Part shown: positions 1 to 9,804 of the stretch, in pieces
How positions within the stretch are numbered: position 1 is the first letter of the stretch
How the letters are laid out: each line of letters opens with the position of its first letter
Assembly (NCBI GenBank): GCA_965262725.1
Contig: OZ253555.1
Location: forward strand, 288,001 to 352,000
DNA length: 64,000 nt
Origin: Dehalococcoidia bacterium
GTDB lineage: Bacteria; Chloroflexota; Dehalococcoidia; UBA2979
Direction: 5' to 3'
Made by a program: the position numbers and the translations under genes
Notes under the pieces: model-generated
Database searches by the model: none
The model's input: the letters and a program-made list of their open reading frames with translations, nothing else
What the model was told of the DNA's origin: nothing

Positions 1-5
1 AGCCG

Positions 6-632
6 GTGGAGGCGCTGACCGTCGACATCCCGGAGGAGTACCTCGGGGTGATCACGCAGCTGCTGGCGCTCCGCAGGGCACGAGCGACGCGGACCATCAA
101 CCACGGCAGCGGACGGATCCGCCTTGAGTACGTCGCGCCCTCGCGAGGGCTGATCGGCTTCTACACCCAGTTCATGACCCTGACTCGCGGCACCGGCATC
201 GCTCACCACACCTTCCAGGGCTATGAACGCTGGTACGGCGACCTGACGGGCCGCCCGACCGGCAGCCTGGTCGCCGATCGCCGCGGCGAGACCCGGGGCT
301 ACGCACTGATGAACCTCCAGGAGCGGGGGGCGCTCTTCGTCGGCCCGGGGGTCGAGGTCTATCAGGGGATGATCGTCGGCGAGAACTCACGCGCCGGCGA
401 TATCGACGTCAACCCGACCCGCGAGAAGAAGCTCACGAACATGCGCGCGGCCGCCGCGGATCGGACGGAGAAGCTCGTGCCGCCGCACGTGCTGTCGCTC
501 CAGCTCGCTCTCGAACTTCTCCGCGAGGACGAATGCCTCGAGGTGACGCCGCTCGCCATCCGCCCGCGCAAGGTCATCCTCGACCCGAACGGGCGCGCGC
601 GGGCGAAGTCGGCGCGCGCCGGGCGGGACTAG
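6..632 (+). CDS. typA: Translational GTPase TypA/BipA, C-terminal part (5' end outside window)
   Basis: Motifs PSRGLIG...T.GTG, LQERG.LFV.PG.EVY.GMIVGENSR..D.DVNPTREKKLTNMR, DECLEVTP are typical of the BipA C-terminus. Confidence 0.9.
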   Translation: MEALTVDIPEEYLGVITQLLALRRARATRTINHGSGRIRLEYVAPSRGLIGFYTQFMTLTRGTGIAHHTFQGYERWYGDLTGRPTGSLVADRRGETRGYALMNLQERGALFVGPGVEVYQGMIVGENSRAGDIDVNPTREKKLTNMRAAAADRTEKLVPPHVLSLQLALELLREDECLEVTPLAIRPRKVILDPNGRARAKSARAGRD

Positions 633-1128
633 CCGGGAGACCGGCGCCCGCGGACCCGCCCCCAACGAGAGCGTCTGCTGGTCGGCGCGCGCCCGCACGC
701 CGGGGTATAGTCAGAGTCCCTGACGGGTGGAGGCCCCCATGCGTGGACACGCCGCCCGCAGTCTCCGGTCCGGGTGGGGTCGCGCAGCCGCTCTCGCGCT
801 TCTCTCCGTCGTGCTCGCCACCGCCTGCGGCTCGGATACGACCCCCACCGAGACGGCGACGCCCGCGCCGACGCAGGCACCTGCGACGGCGACCCCCGTT
901 CGGACGCCCACGCCGCCGCCCACGCCGGCACCTGCGCCATCCATCGGCGATCTCGTCGTGACCGACAGCACCACCGTGGGCGACCTCACGGCCTCCCTCT
1001 CCGAGTCCGAGGTCGCCTGCCTGCGCGCCACGATCGGCGAGAGCATCTTCGACGCGATCCTCGATATTCCTCTCCGGGAGATTCCCACCGGCACTCCTGA
1101 CCTGCCGCTCGAATGCCTCGCGCCCAAG

Positions 1129-2786
1129 CCCTGATCCACCGAAGAAGAGTGCGCGAGCGGCTGGGGTTGGGTGCTCCGCTGTAGCTGGGACAATGGTTTT
1201 TGACCGAATCACGTCACAGCCACAGGGAGCACCCATTCGATGTTAGCAACGAGCAGCCCCGACCGGATACACATCGCCTTCGACGACGACCGCCTCGTGG
1301 ACCACGCGGGCCTGCTGCTCCCGGCCACGCTCGCTGGCCGGCTCGGCCTCCGTGAACTGGCAGACGCCCACCTCGACCTCGGTGACGCAGCGGGGCGGGC
1401 GAACGTCGGCGACAAGCTGATGACTCTCATCGCCTCGGCGCTCGCGGGCGGCGACTGCATCGATGACGCCGATGCCATGCGCTCAGGCGGCGCCGGGCGC
1501 GTGCTCGGCTGCACGGTGAAGGCGCCGTCCACCCTCGGGACGTTCCTGCGCAGCTTCCGCTGGGGCCACGTCCGCCAGCTCGACCGCGTCAGCCGCGAGT
1601 TGCTGGCCCGCAGTTGGGCGGCCGGGGCGGGACCCGGCGCGGCACCGTTCACGATCGACCTCGACTCGACGCTCTGCGAGACCTACGGACTGGCGAAAGA
1701 GGGCGCCCGGCACCACGGCTACACGGGCGTGCGCGGCTATCACCCGCTGCTCGCGGTGGCGGCCGGGACGGGTGAGGTGCTGATGGCCCGGCTGCGCGGG
1801 GGCCGTGCCAACACCGCTCGGGGGGCCGCCCACTTCCTGCGTGAGACGGTGGGCCGGGTGCGCGACGCCGGGGCGAGCGGGCAGCTCACGGTGCGCGCCG
1901 ACAGCGGCTTCTACAACCACGCTGTCGTCGCCGTCTGTCGCAAGCAGGATGTCCGCTTCTCCATCACCATTCGCCAGCAGCCGAACGTACGCCGGCTGAT
2001 CGAGGCGATACCGGAAGAGGACTGGACGCCGATCCCGTACTGGCAGGACGACGGCGCCGCTGTCGCCGAGACGACCTACACGCCGTTCCAGCACACGAGG
2101 GACGCCACCGCGGTGCGGCTCATCGTGCGGCGCGTCAAGCCGACGCCCGGCTCACAGCTCGCGCTCTTCGTGAACTACATTACCACGCCTTCATCACCGA
2201 TCGCGCGGGGGAGATGATGGAGCTGGAGGCCGACCATCGCCGTCACGCCGAGATCGAGAACGCGATCCGCGACCTCAAGTACGGCGTCGGGTTGAACCAT
2301 CTCCCCTCGGGCCGCTTCGCCGCGAACGCGGCGTGGCTCGCGGTGCAGGTGATCGCGCACAACCTCGCCCGCTGGACGGCACGCCTCGGGCTCGGCGAGG
2401 GGATCGTGACGACCAGGACGCTCAGGCGGCGCTACTTCTCTCTCGCCGGACGGCTCACCCACTCTGCCCGGCGGTGGACCCTGCACCTCCCGAAGCGCTG
2501 GCCCTGGGCCGGGCAGCTGGCAGCCGCGCTCGCGCGACTACGGGCGATACCGCTCCCGACCTGACGCCCGCTCACAGCGCCGAACCGGAGCCGAAGCTCG
2601 CGCCAGCATGCCCGCGCACGCCTCGCGCACCCTCGCGCCCGCACCCTCAGCGCCCCCGAGCGGCGCTGAGCGACGACTCCTGGCTCCGGCCCGCCCCCGG
2701 CGCCGCCCGGCGAACGCCGACACACCCGTCGAACTCTCCGGCAGCCCGGCACCCCGCCTCGTCAAGCTTCGTTCGGTGGATTCGAG
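1129..2786 (+). mobile_element. IS1380-family element, copy A
   Basis: Ends CCCTGATCCACCGAA / TTCGGTGGATTCGAG, 5-bp duplication CCAAG (1124-1128, 2787-2791). Near-identical to the copy at 46529-51658. Confidence 0.92.
1240..2564 (+). pseudogene. IS1380 transposase, frameshifted near 2180
   Basis: Split into 325 + 116 aa ORFs. AACTACATTACCAC here versus AACTACAGTTACCAC in the intact copy (1-bp deletion). Confidence 0.85.
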
Positions 2787-3471
2787 CCAAGAGCGCGATC
2801 GGCCTCAACATCGCCTTCATGTCCGTGGAAGCCGGCGGACTGAGCGCCGAGACACGCACCTGCATCGCGTCCGTCGCCATGGAGCACCCCGCCGCCTTCG
2901 GGATCGGCCCACCGCCCACGGCCGATGACTTTGCAGGCCTGTTCGGCGCAGGCATACAGATGAACCTCTGCCTGACCGACGAGGAGGCCGCCGCTCTCGC
3001 AGGTGCGGGCGGCGACGGACTCCCGCCGCCCTCGGTCATACGGTGCATGGAGGAGCAGATCGGCAGCCTGGACGACCTCCTCGCCGCCTTCTTGGCTCTG
3101 ATGGGCGAGGAACCGGATCCCAGCGCGGCGCTCGGCCTGTTCGCGGCAGCTCAGGAATGTAGGGTCAGGGGCTGGCGCGGTGCGAGCCGTAGGCGGTGGC
3201 GCATCAGTTCCAAGCCGGTTTCCCGGTGGTGCCCAACTCCACGGCCATAGCAGCGTCCGTCTCCAGCCCCTGCCACATCGAACCGGACGTGAGGTTCTCC
3301 CTCATCCGGCTCACCGATGCCCTTCACCAGATGGCATGCAGCGCTCCCCACAACGTGGGTCGTGCCTTGGCCAGCCGGTACAGCATGTGCGGAGAGCCTC
3401 GAACTGGGAATGATGCTTACATCTGGCCCCACTTTGATCCTCTGATCTGGCCCCACCCCCGGGGACCGGGA

Positions 3472-4254
3472 TCAGGTCGTTGGGGCACCTCCTCTCGGGG
3501 AGGTCGAGGCCCGGAGCCGGTAGGACTCGGTGCCGGTCTCGATGATATGGGCACGGTAGGTGAGGCGGTCAACGACGGCCGCGGCGAGACGAGGGTCGGT
3601 GAAGATGCGGCCCCACTCGGAGAACGGGGAGTTGGAGGCGACGGCGACCGATGCCCGTTCCTCGCGCTCGGTCAGGATCTGGAACAGCATTTCGGCACCG
3701 CGCGGGTCGAGGTGGACGTACCCGAACTCATCCAGGCAGAGCAGGTCGAGGCGGCCGTAGCGGGCGACGAGGCGTGAGAGCGCGCGATCATCCGACGCTT
3801 CGGCCAGTTCATTCACCAGGGCGGCCGTGGTCATGTACCGCACGCGCAGCCCCAGGTGGCAGGCGGCCATGCCGAGGCCGATGAGCAGGTGTGACTTCCC
3901 GGTGCCGCTGTCACCGAGCAGGACGACGGGCTCGCCCCTTTCGACCCAGTCGCAGCGCTCCAGCGTGGCGAGCGCCGGCGCGTCGACTGTCGGCGCCGCC
4001 TCGAGGTCGAAGTCGGCGAGGTACTTGAAACGCGGGAACCGCGCCTCGACGATACGGCGCTGACGGCGCCGCTCCTCACGGTCATCGCGTTCGGCTCCCA
4101 GCACTTCGGCGAGATAGCCCAGATGGGTGATCCGGTCTCGGACCGCGGCTTCGGCGAGCGGGAGCGCCTGCTTCCTGACGGTGGGGAGACGGAGCTCGCG
4201 GCAGATCGCCTCGATTGTCAGCTCCGCGGCCTGGTCGGTGAGGGGTGCTGTCAT
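3472..4254 (-). CDS. istB: IS21 helper ATPase IstB
   Basis: Walker A GDSGTGKS, LLCLDEFGY, ASN.PFSEW, VDRL; likely start MTAPLTDQ after GGAGG. Confidence 0.93.
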   Translation of the reverse strand: MTAPLTDQAAELTIEAICRELRLPTVRKQALPLAEAAVRDRITHLGYLAEVLGAERDDREERRRQRRIVEARFPRFKYLADFDLEAAPTVDAPALATLERCDWVERGEPVVLLGDSGTGKSHLLIGLGMAACHLGLRVRYMTTAALVNELAEASDDRALSRLVARYGRLDLLCLDEFGYVHLDPRGAEMLFQILTEREERASVAVASNSPFSEWGRIFTDPRLAAAVVDRLTYRAHIIETGTESYRLRASTSPRGGAPTT

Positions 4255-4270
4255 CGGGTGCCTCCTGTGG

Positions 4271-5905
4271 TCAGCGTGCCGTCGACACCGCAGCGGTGAC
4301 GGCGGTTGTGGTGGTGTGCGACGCGTTCTCGGCAGACCGCGGAGCGCGGGAGCGCCCGCCCGGCGACGTGCCGGGCCATCGGGAATCACCCGAGAGCAGC
4401 GCATCGTAGCCATCGAGGAGCGGGGCAGGTCGGTCGTAGCGCTCCAGGTGCGGTCTCTCGACGGCGGCGTCTGGTGGCCTGCGGTCGGCGAGACGGCGCG
4501 CCTCGATGGCGACCAGTTCGGGGTTCACCGACTGGATCCTGTTGACCGTCCCGAGCGCGGCGTGCACCGCCGTGAAGGGAAGATGGCGATGCAGGAGCAG
4601 GACCTCGATGTACGCCTGCGTGCCCGCGCGGTCGCCGAGCTTGCGGCGGGCGCGGTCCCAGAAGCGCTGATGCTCGGCTGTGACGTGTCCCTTCGCACGC
4701 GCCTGCTGGAGCGCCACCGAGCCCGGGACCGCCCCGGGCTTGCGCGCGAGCACCTCCAGATAGTGGTCGAGCAGCAGGACCTCTGCTCCGGTGCGGGCGC
4801 TGCGCTCGTGGTGGGCGACTTCACGCCCCTCGGCCCACACGGTCAGGCTGTTCCCGGACAGCCGCACGTCCAGCTTCCGGCCTGCATAGGCCGCCGGGAC
4901 CGAGTAGCGGGAGCTACGCACGGCGATGCGCGCCTTGCGGTCGACCTTCGCGCGCAGCGGGATTGACGGGTCGAAGCGCTCCGCCGGAAGCGGACGCAGC
5001 GAGGCCTTCTCGTTCTCTCCCATCTCGCCGACGGTGGCGAGGCGGCTCTCGATGTGCCGGGCGTCGTCGGTGCGGTCCGCCTCCCGCACTCGTTCGTTCA
5101 GCTCGCCGAGGGTCGCCACCTTCGGGACCGGCACGAAGTGCCGCCGGCGGAAGCGGCCGACCTCGCCCTCCACACCGCCCTTCTCGTGCGCGCCCTCGAT
5201 GCCGGGCTCACAGAAGAAGCTGTCGAAGCCGTAATGCGAGCGGAGCGCGATGAAGCGCTCGGTCTGCAGGCGCTCGCGTCCCTGCAGCACGGTGGTGACG
5301 GCCGCCGTCAGATTGTCGTAGCGGATGCGCCGCGGCACTCCGCCGAGCCGCTCGAAGGCGACCACGTGCCCCTCGAGCAGAGACTCCTGGCCCTCGCCGA
5401 CGAAGCAGACGTGCGCCGCCCGCCCCGAATGCGAGAGCCGCATCACGAACATCGCCAGCCGGGTCTCGACGCCCTCCAGCCACACCGTCACCGTGCCGAA
5501 GTCGACCTCCGCCTCCTCGCCGGGAGGATGGACCTGCGGGATCGTCACAACCGCGCGCCCGCCCTGGATCTCGCGACGCAGGCGCGCGACGCAGGCGCGG
5601 ACCGTGGGCTCGGCCACCGTCGCCCCGTGTTCGTCGACGAGGCGCTCCCAGATGCGCCGGGCCGTGTGCCGCTGCTTGCGCGGCGCGCTGAGGTCGTCCA
5701 CGAGCCAGCCCCGGATGACCGAGACGTACGGCCCGAGCTTCGGGGCCACGCGGGTCGCCTGCTTGCGTTCCGGGGGTATCGCCGACCCAAGAGCCTGCCG
5801 CACCGTGCGCCGGTGCACGCCATGCCGGCGTCCCAGCTCATGGATCGACAGCTCCTCCTCCCTCGCCATCCGTCGGATAGACTCGAACAGCTCCACTCTC
5901 GACAC
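4271..5905 (-). CDS. istA: IS21 transposase IstA
   Basis: N-terminal HTH, EAEVDFG, GGVPRRIRYDN, HEKGGVEG. Confidence 0.93.
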   Translation of the reverse strand: MSRVELFESIRRMAREEELSIHELGRRHGVHRRTVRQALGSAIPPERKQATRVAPKLGPYVSVIRGWLVDDLSAPRKQRHTARRIWERLVDEHGATVAEPTVRACVARLRREIQGGRAVVTIPQVHPPGEEAEVDFGTVTVWLEGVETRLAMFVMRLSHSGRAAHVCFVGEGQESLLEGHVVAFERLGGVPRRIRYDNLTAAVTTVLQGRERLQTERFIALRSHYGFDSFFCEPGIEGAHEKGGVEGEVGRFRRRHFVPVPKVATLGELNERVREADRTDDARHIESRLATVGEMGENEKASLRPLPAERFDPSIPLRAKVDRKARIAVRSSRYSVPAAYAGRKLDVRLSGNSLTVWAEGREVAHHERSARTGAEVLLLDHYLEVLARKPGAVPGSVALQQARAKGHVTAEHQRFWDRARRKLGDRAGTQAYIEVLLLHRHLPFTAVHAALGTVNRIQSVNPELVAIEARRLADRRPPDAAVERPHLERYDRPAPLLDGYDALLSGDSRWPGTSPGGRSRAPRSAENASHTTTTAVTAAVSTAR

Positions 5906-6990
5906 ACTCCTCTTCCCTCGCTCCGGGAGTCATGCAGTCACCCGAGCGTAGGTCCTGGATGGGTCGGGGGTGGGGCCAATTCAAAGGATCAAAACGGCTC
6001 CAGGTGGGGCCAATTCAGAGCATCATTCCCACCGAACCCTACCAAGTGGTTGCTAGCCCCGAGGGGCACTCACCAGTCCACACCCCCAGCAACATGCACG
6101 GACAAAGTAGGGGTCCTTCCCATCACCGGCGGTTATGTTGTCCGTCCGGCTCCAGCGGTACTACGACCCCCTCCGCCACCCTTCCGGCTGGCTGTCCACT
6201 TCCCGGCTCTGACCGGTTATAGGACGCCTCGCTCCGACGCCCTCTCACAGGGTGCCGGGCCGGGGAGGGCTTCTCCGGTTCCCGTCGCTACCTTCCGTAC
6301 GTTCCACGTCCCATACGCCGGGAGGTTTCTTGAGGCTGCATTCCAGGATCTTCACCTCGTCCATGGCCTTCGCCCTGACCACCCGGGCTCGGCTCCTCCT
6401 TGGTCCTGTCAATAGACAGGCGAGTCTCACGGCGCGGCAGACTTCGCGTCATGCTGCGGACCGCACGTTTGCTCCCCCTCATAGGGCTCTTGACGTCGGG
6501 CTTCGACGCAGACCGTTTCCCGTCCACGCCGCCGACCTGCTAACGGGCCTCCTGACAGTTACCCGTGCCGGACTCTCACCGGCTGGCAGCAACGAGCATG
6601 TCTCCGGACCGGTCACGTCATCACGTCACCACCCCTTCGACTTCCGGACGCACGCGGGGCCGACCTCGAAGGAGCCCCAGGTCTGCCTAGTGTCCCGAGT
6701 TGCAAATGCTGAAAACAATCGCACCGAGCCTCGCAGGCTTGGTCCGCTCAGTGGAGGCTTGGGTCGCAACTGGAACGAGCACCGGATGCGCTTCATCTCG
6801 CACAAGACCACCGACCAGATCCTTGAGTAGGGTCAGGGGCTGGCGCGGTGCGAGCCGTAGGCGGTGGCGCATATTGCCAGGCCGGTTTCCCGGTGGCGCC
6901 CATCTCCACAGCCGTAGCATCGTCCGTCTCCAGCCCCTGCCGCCTCGAACCGGACGTGAGGTTTTCCCTCATCCGGCTCACCGATGCCCT

Positions 6991-9190
6991 TCACCGGGCG
7001 GCATGCGGGGTGCCCCGCCACGGTCGATATGGCCGTGGTGCCACGACGCGCTGTCCAGCTAGCGAGATGAGCCCCAGACGGTCGGCGACGGGAAACGGGT
7101 GCCCGCGATGGCGTCGCCGCCAACGCAACCGCTTCCCCAGCCAGAGTTTGAGTCTCCACATGGCAAACCAGTGCAGGACGTCGAACGCCCTCGCCGAGTT
7201 GCCGTAGCGGAAGTAGCTCATCCAGCCGCGGAGGTAGCGATTGACTTCCTCCACGACCTGCCGGGGACTCAGCAGCAGACGCAACCGCGCCGTGATTTCA
7301 CGGATGCGGTCCCGCGCCCGCTGCATCGCTCGCCGTGAGGGCCAGCGTGCGAGGAACTGGATATTCTTGTTGCGCTTCGCACGTACCCAGCGATGCTCGA
7401 AGCCGAGGAACTCCAGCCCCTCGCCTCCCTCCCGCAGGTGCACGATGCGCGTCTTCTCCGCCTTGAGCTCCAGTCCGAGCTCACCCAGCAGGTCACGCAG
7501 CAGGGCCAACGCCCGCTCCGCTTCCTCCCGGCTCCGGCAGAGCACCACGAGGTCATCCGCATAGCGCACCAGCACGCCATCACCCTTCGCCTCCCAGTCC
7601 CGGTCCAACCGGTGCAGGTAGACATTGGCCAGCAGCGGGGACATCACCCCGCCCTGCGGCGTACCCGTCGCGCTGTGCTGCACGACCCCCGACTCCATCA
7701 CACCGGCACGCAGCATCGCCCGTACCAGCTTCAGGAGATTGCGGTCGCATATCCGTTCCTCGACGGCCGTCATCAGACGGTCGTGTAGGGTCAGGGGCTG
7801 GCGCGGTGCGAGCCGTAGGCGGTGGCGCATCAGTTCCAAGCCGGTTTCCCGGTGGTGCCCAACTCCACGGCCATAGCAGCGTCCGTCTCCAGCCCCTGCC
7901 ACATCGAACCGGACGTGAGGTTCTCCCTCATCCGGCTCACCGATGCCCTTCACCAGATGGCATGCAGCGCTCCCCACAACGTGGGTCGTGCCTTGGCCAG
8001 CCGGTACAGCATGTGCGGAGAGCCTCGAACCCTACCAAGTGGTTGCTAGCCCCGAGGGGCACTCACCAGTCCACACCCCCAGCAACATGCACGGACAAAG
8101 TAGGGGTCCTTCCCATCACCGGCGGTTATGTTGTCCGTCCGGCTCCAGCGGTACTACGACCCCCTCCGCCACCCTTCCGGCTGGCTGTCCACTTCCCGGC
8201 TCTGACCGGTTATAGGACGCCTCGCTCCGACGCCCTCTCACAGGGTGCCGGGCCGGGGAGGGCTTCTCCGGTTCCCGTCGCTACCTTCCGTACGTTCCAC
8301 GTCCCATACGCCGGGAGGTTTCTTGAGGCTGCATTCCAGGATCTTCACCTCGTCCATGGCCTTCGCCCTGACCACCCGGGCTCGGCTCCTCCTTGGTCCT
8401 GTCAATAGACAGGCGAGTCTCACGGCGCGGCAGACTTCGCGTCATGCTGCGGACCGCACGTTTGCTCCCCCTCATAGGGCTCTTGACGTCGGGCTTCGAC
8501 GCAGACCGTTTCCCGTCCACGCCGCCGACCTGCTAACGGGCCTCCTGACAGTTACCCGTGCCGGACTCTCACCGGCTGGCAGCAACGAGCATGTCTCCGG
8601 ACCGGTCACGTCATCACGTCACCACCCCTTCGACTTCCGGACGCACGCGGTATCGACTCGAAACACGAGGCGATGTCCGTCTCCACTACCCACCGCCTGC
8701 CCCGCCACGCCTCGTCAATGAGGACCTGCAGGGCGTCATGGGCCGAACGCTTCGGGCGGAAGCCGAAGCTGCATGGCAGGAAGTCGGCCTCGAAGACCGG
8801 CTCCGTCACGAGCTTCAGCGACGCCTGCACGATGCGGTCGCGGACCGAAGGAATCGAGAGCGGGCGCTCTTCCGACCGACCGGGCTTGGGTATCCAGACC
8901 CGGCGGCTCGGCTGCACCCGGTATCTTCCCTCCTTCAGTTCCGTGGCCAGTTCATCCAGCAGGCGCTCCACGCCGTAGCGCTCGACCTCGGCGAGCGTGA
9001 CGCCGTCGATACCGGCTGCGCCGCGATTGCGACGCACCTGCTCCCACGCGCGCTCCAGAATGTCTCTGCGATAAACCTTGTCGTAGAGCGCATGAAAGCG
9101 TCTATTGGGGTCGGCCTTGGCCGCCCGGTAAAGCGTGCGTTGTAGTGTTCGGACCTTGTCTTGGATGGAGTTAGCCGCTTGGGCACTCAC
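6991..9190 (-). CDS. ltrA: Group II intron RT/maturase without endonuclease domain, split by an ORF-less intron (join 9190-8647, 7784-6991; 445 aa)
   Basis: RRFHALYDKV, RPLSIP.VRDRIVQ, SFGFRP.RSAHDA, DIASCFESIP|HDRL, GTPQGGVMSPLLANVYL, YADD, domain X GWMSYFR. Confidence 0.9.
7785..8646 (-). mobile_element. ORF-less group II intron, copy 2 (862 nt), sense inside the RT ORF of intron A
   Basis: GTGCG...CCCTAC ends; flanks rejoin as ATA CCG C|AC GAC (IPHD). Confidence 0.92.
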
Positions 9191-9804
9191 CGATTCATCC
9201 CTACTCCCCACGCGTGAGCAAAGCAGGGGTCCTTCCCATCACCGGCGGTTGTGTTGTCCGTCCGGCTCAAGCGGTACTACGACCCCCTCCGTCACCCTTC
9301 CGGCTAGCTGCCCACTTCCCGGCTTTGACCGGTTATAGGGCACCTCGCTCCGACACCATCTCGCAGGGTGCCGGGCCGGGGAGGGCTTCTCCCGTTCCCG
9401 TCGCTACCTTCCAAACGTTCCACGCCCCTTACGCCGGGAGGTTCCTTGAGGCTGCAGCGCAACGCGCATTCAGGATCTTCACCTCGTCCATGGCCTTCGC
9501 CCTGAATTGCCGGGCTCGGCTCCTCCACTATCCGTTAACGACGCGGCAGGCTTCGCTTGATGCTGCGGACCGCTTGGTTGCTCCCCCTGATAGGGCTCTT
9601 GACGTCGGGCTTCGACGTGGACCGTTTCCCGTCCGCGCCGCCGACCTGCTAACGGGCCTCCTGACAGTTACCCGTGCCGGACTCGCACCGGCTGGCAACG
9701 ACGAGCATGTCTCCAGACCGGTTACGTCATCACGTCACCCGCCCTTCGACTTCGGGACACACCAACCTCACCGGATATCTCAATCGCATTTCCAATTCAG
9801 GACA

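Larger units (their letters stand above)
3405..6031 (-). mobile_element. IS21-family element, copy 1 (2627 bp)
   Basis: Ends TGGGAATGATGC...GCATCATTCCCA with repeated TGGCCCCA subterminal motifs; imperfect 6-bp duplication TCGAAC/CCGAAC. Confidence 0.92.
3159..6653 (-). mobile_element. ORF-less group II intron, copy 1 (carries IS21), antisense in the lipoprotein gene
   Basis: 5' GTGCG at 6653, 3' ...CCTGACCCTAC at 3159, domain V-like GAGCCGGATGAGGGAGAACCTCACGTCCGGTTC. Length is 862 nt after removing IS21 and its 6-bp duplication. Confidence 0.9.
739..6690 (+). pseudogene. Pro/Thr-rich lipoprotein split by IS1380, an ORF-less intron and CTAG-site insertions (pieces 739-1128, 2792-3158, 6654-~6690)
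   Basis: GGAGG RBS, signal peptide with lipobox LATAC and PT-rich linker. Removing the inserts rejoins the frame: ECLAPK|SAIGLN... and AAQE|CGADLEGAPGLP. Confidence 0.8.
6827..9762 (-). mobile_element. RT-encoding group II intron A (outer intron of a twintron)
   Basis: 5' GTGTG at 9762, 3' ...GACCCTAC at 6827, domain V near 6945-6980. Removal rejoins the IS630 frame. Confidence 0.9.

Noticed and set aside
6439-6465. GCAGCA loop as candidate EBS1 of the satellite intron
   Set aside because: The same loop is present in introns A and B, whose targets differ, so it does not track target sequence.
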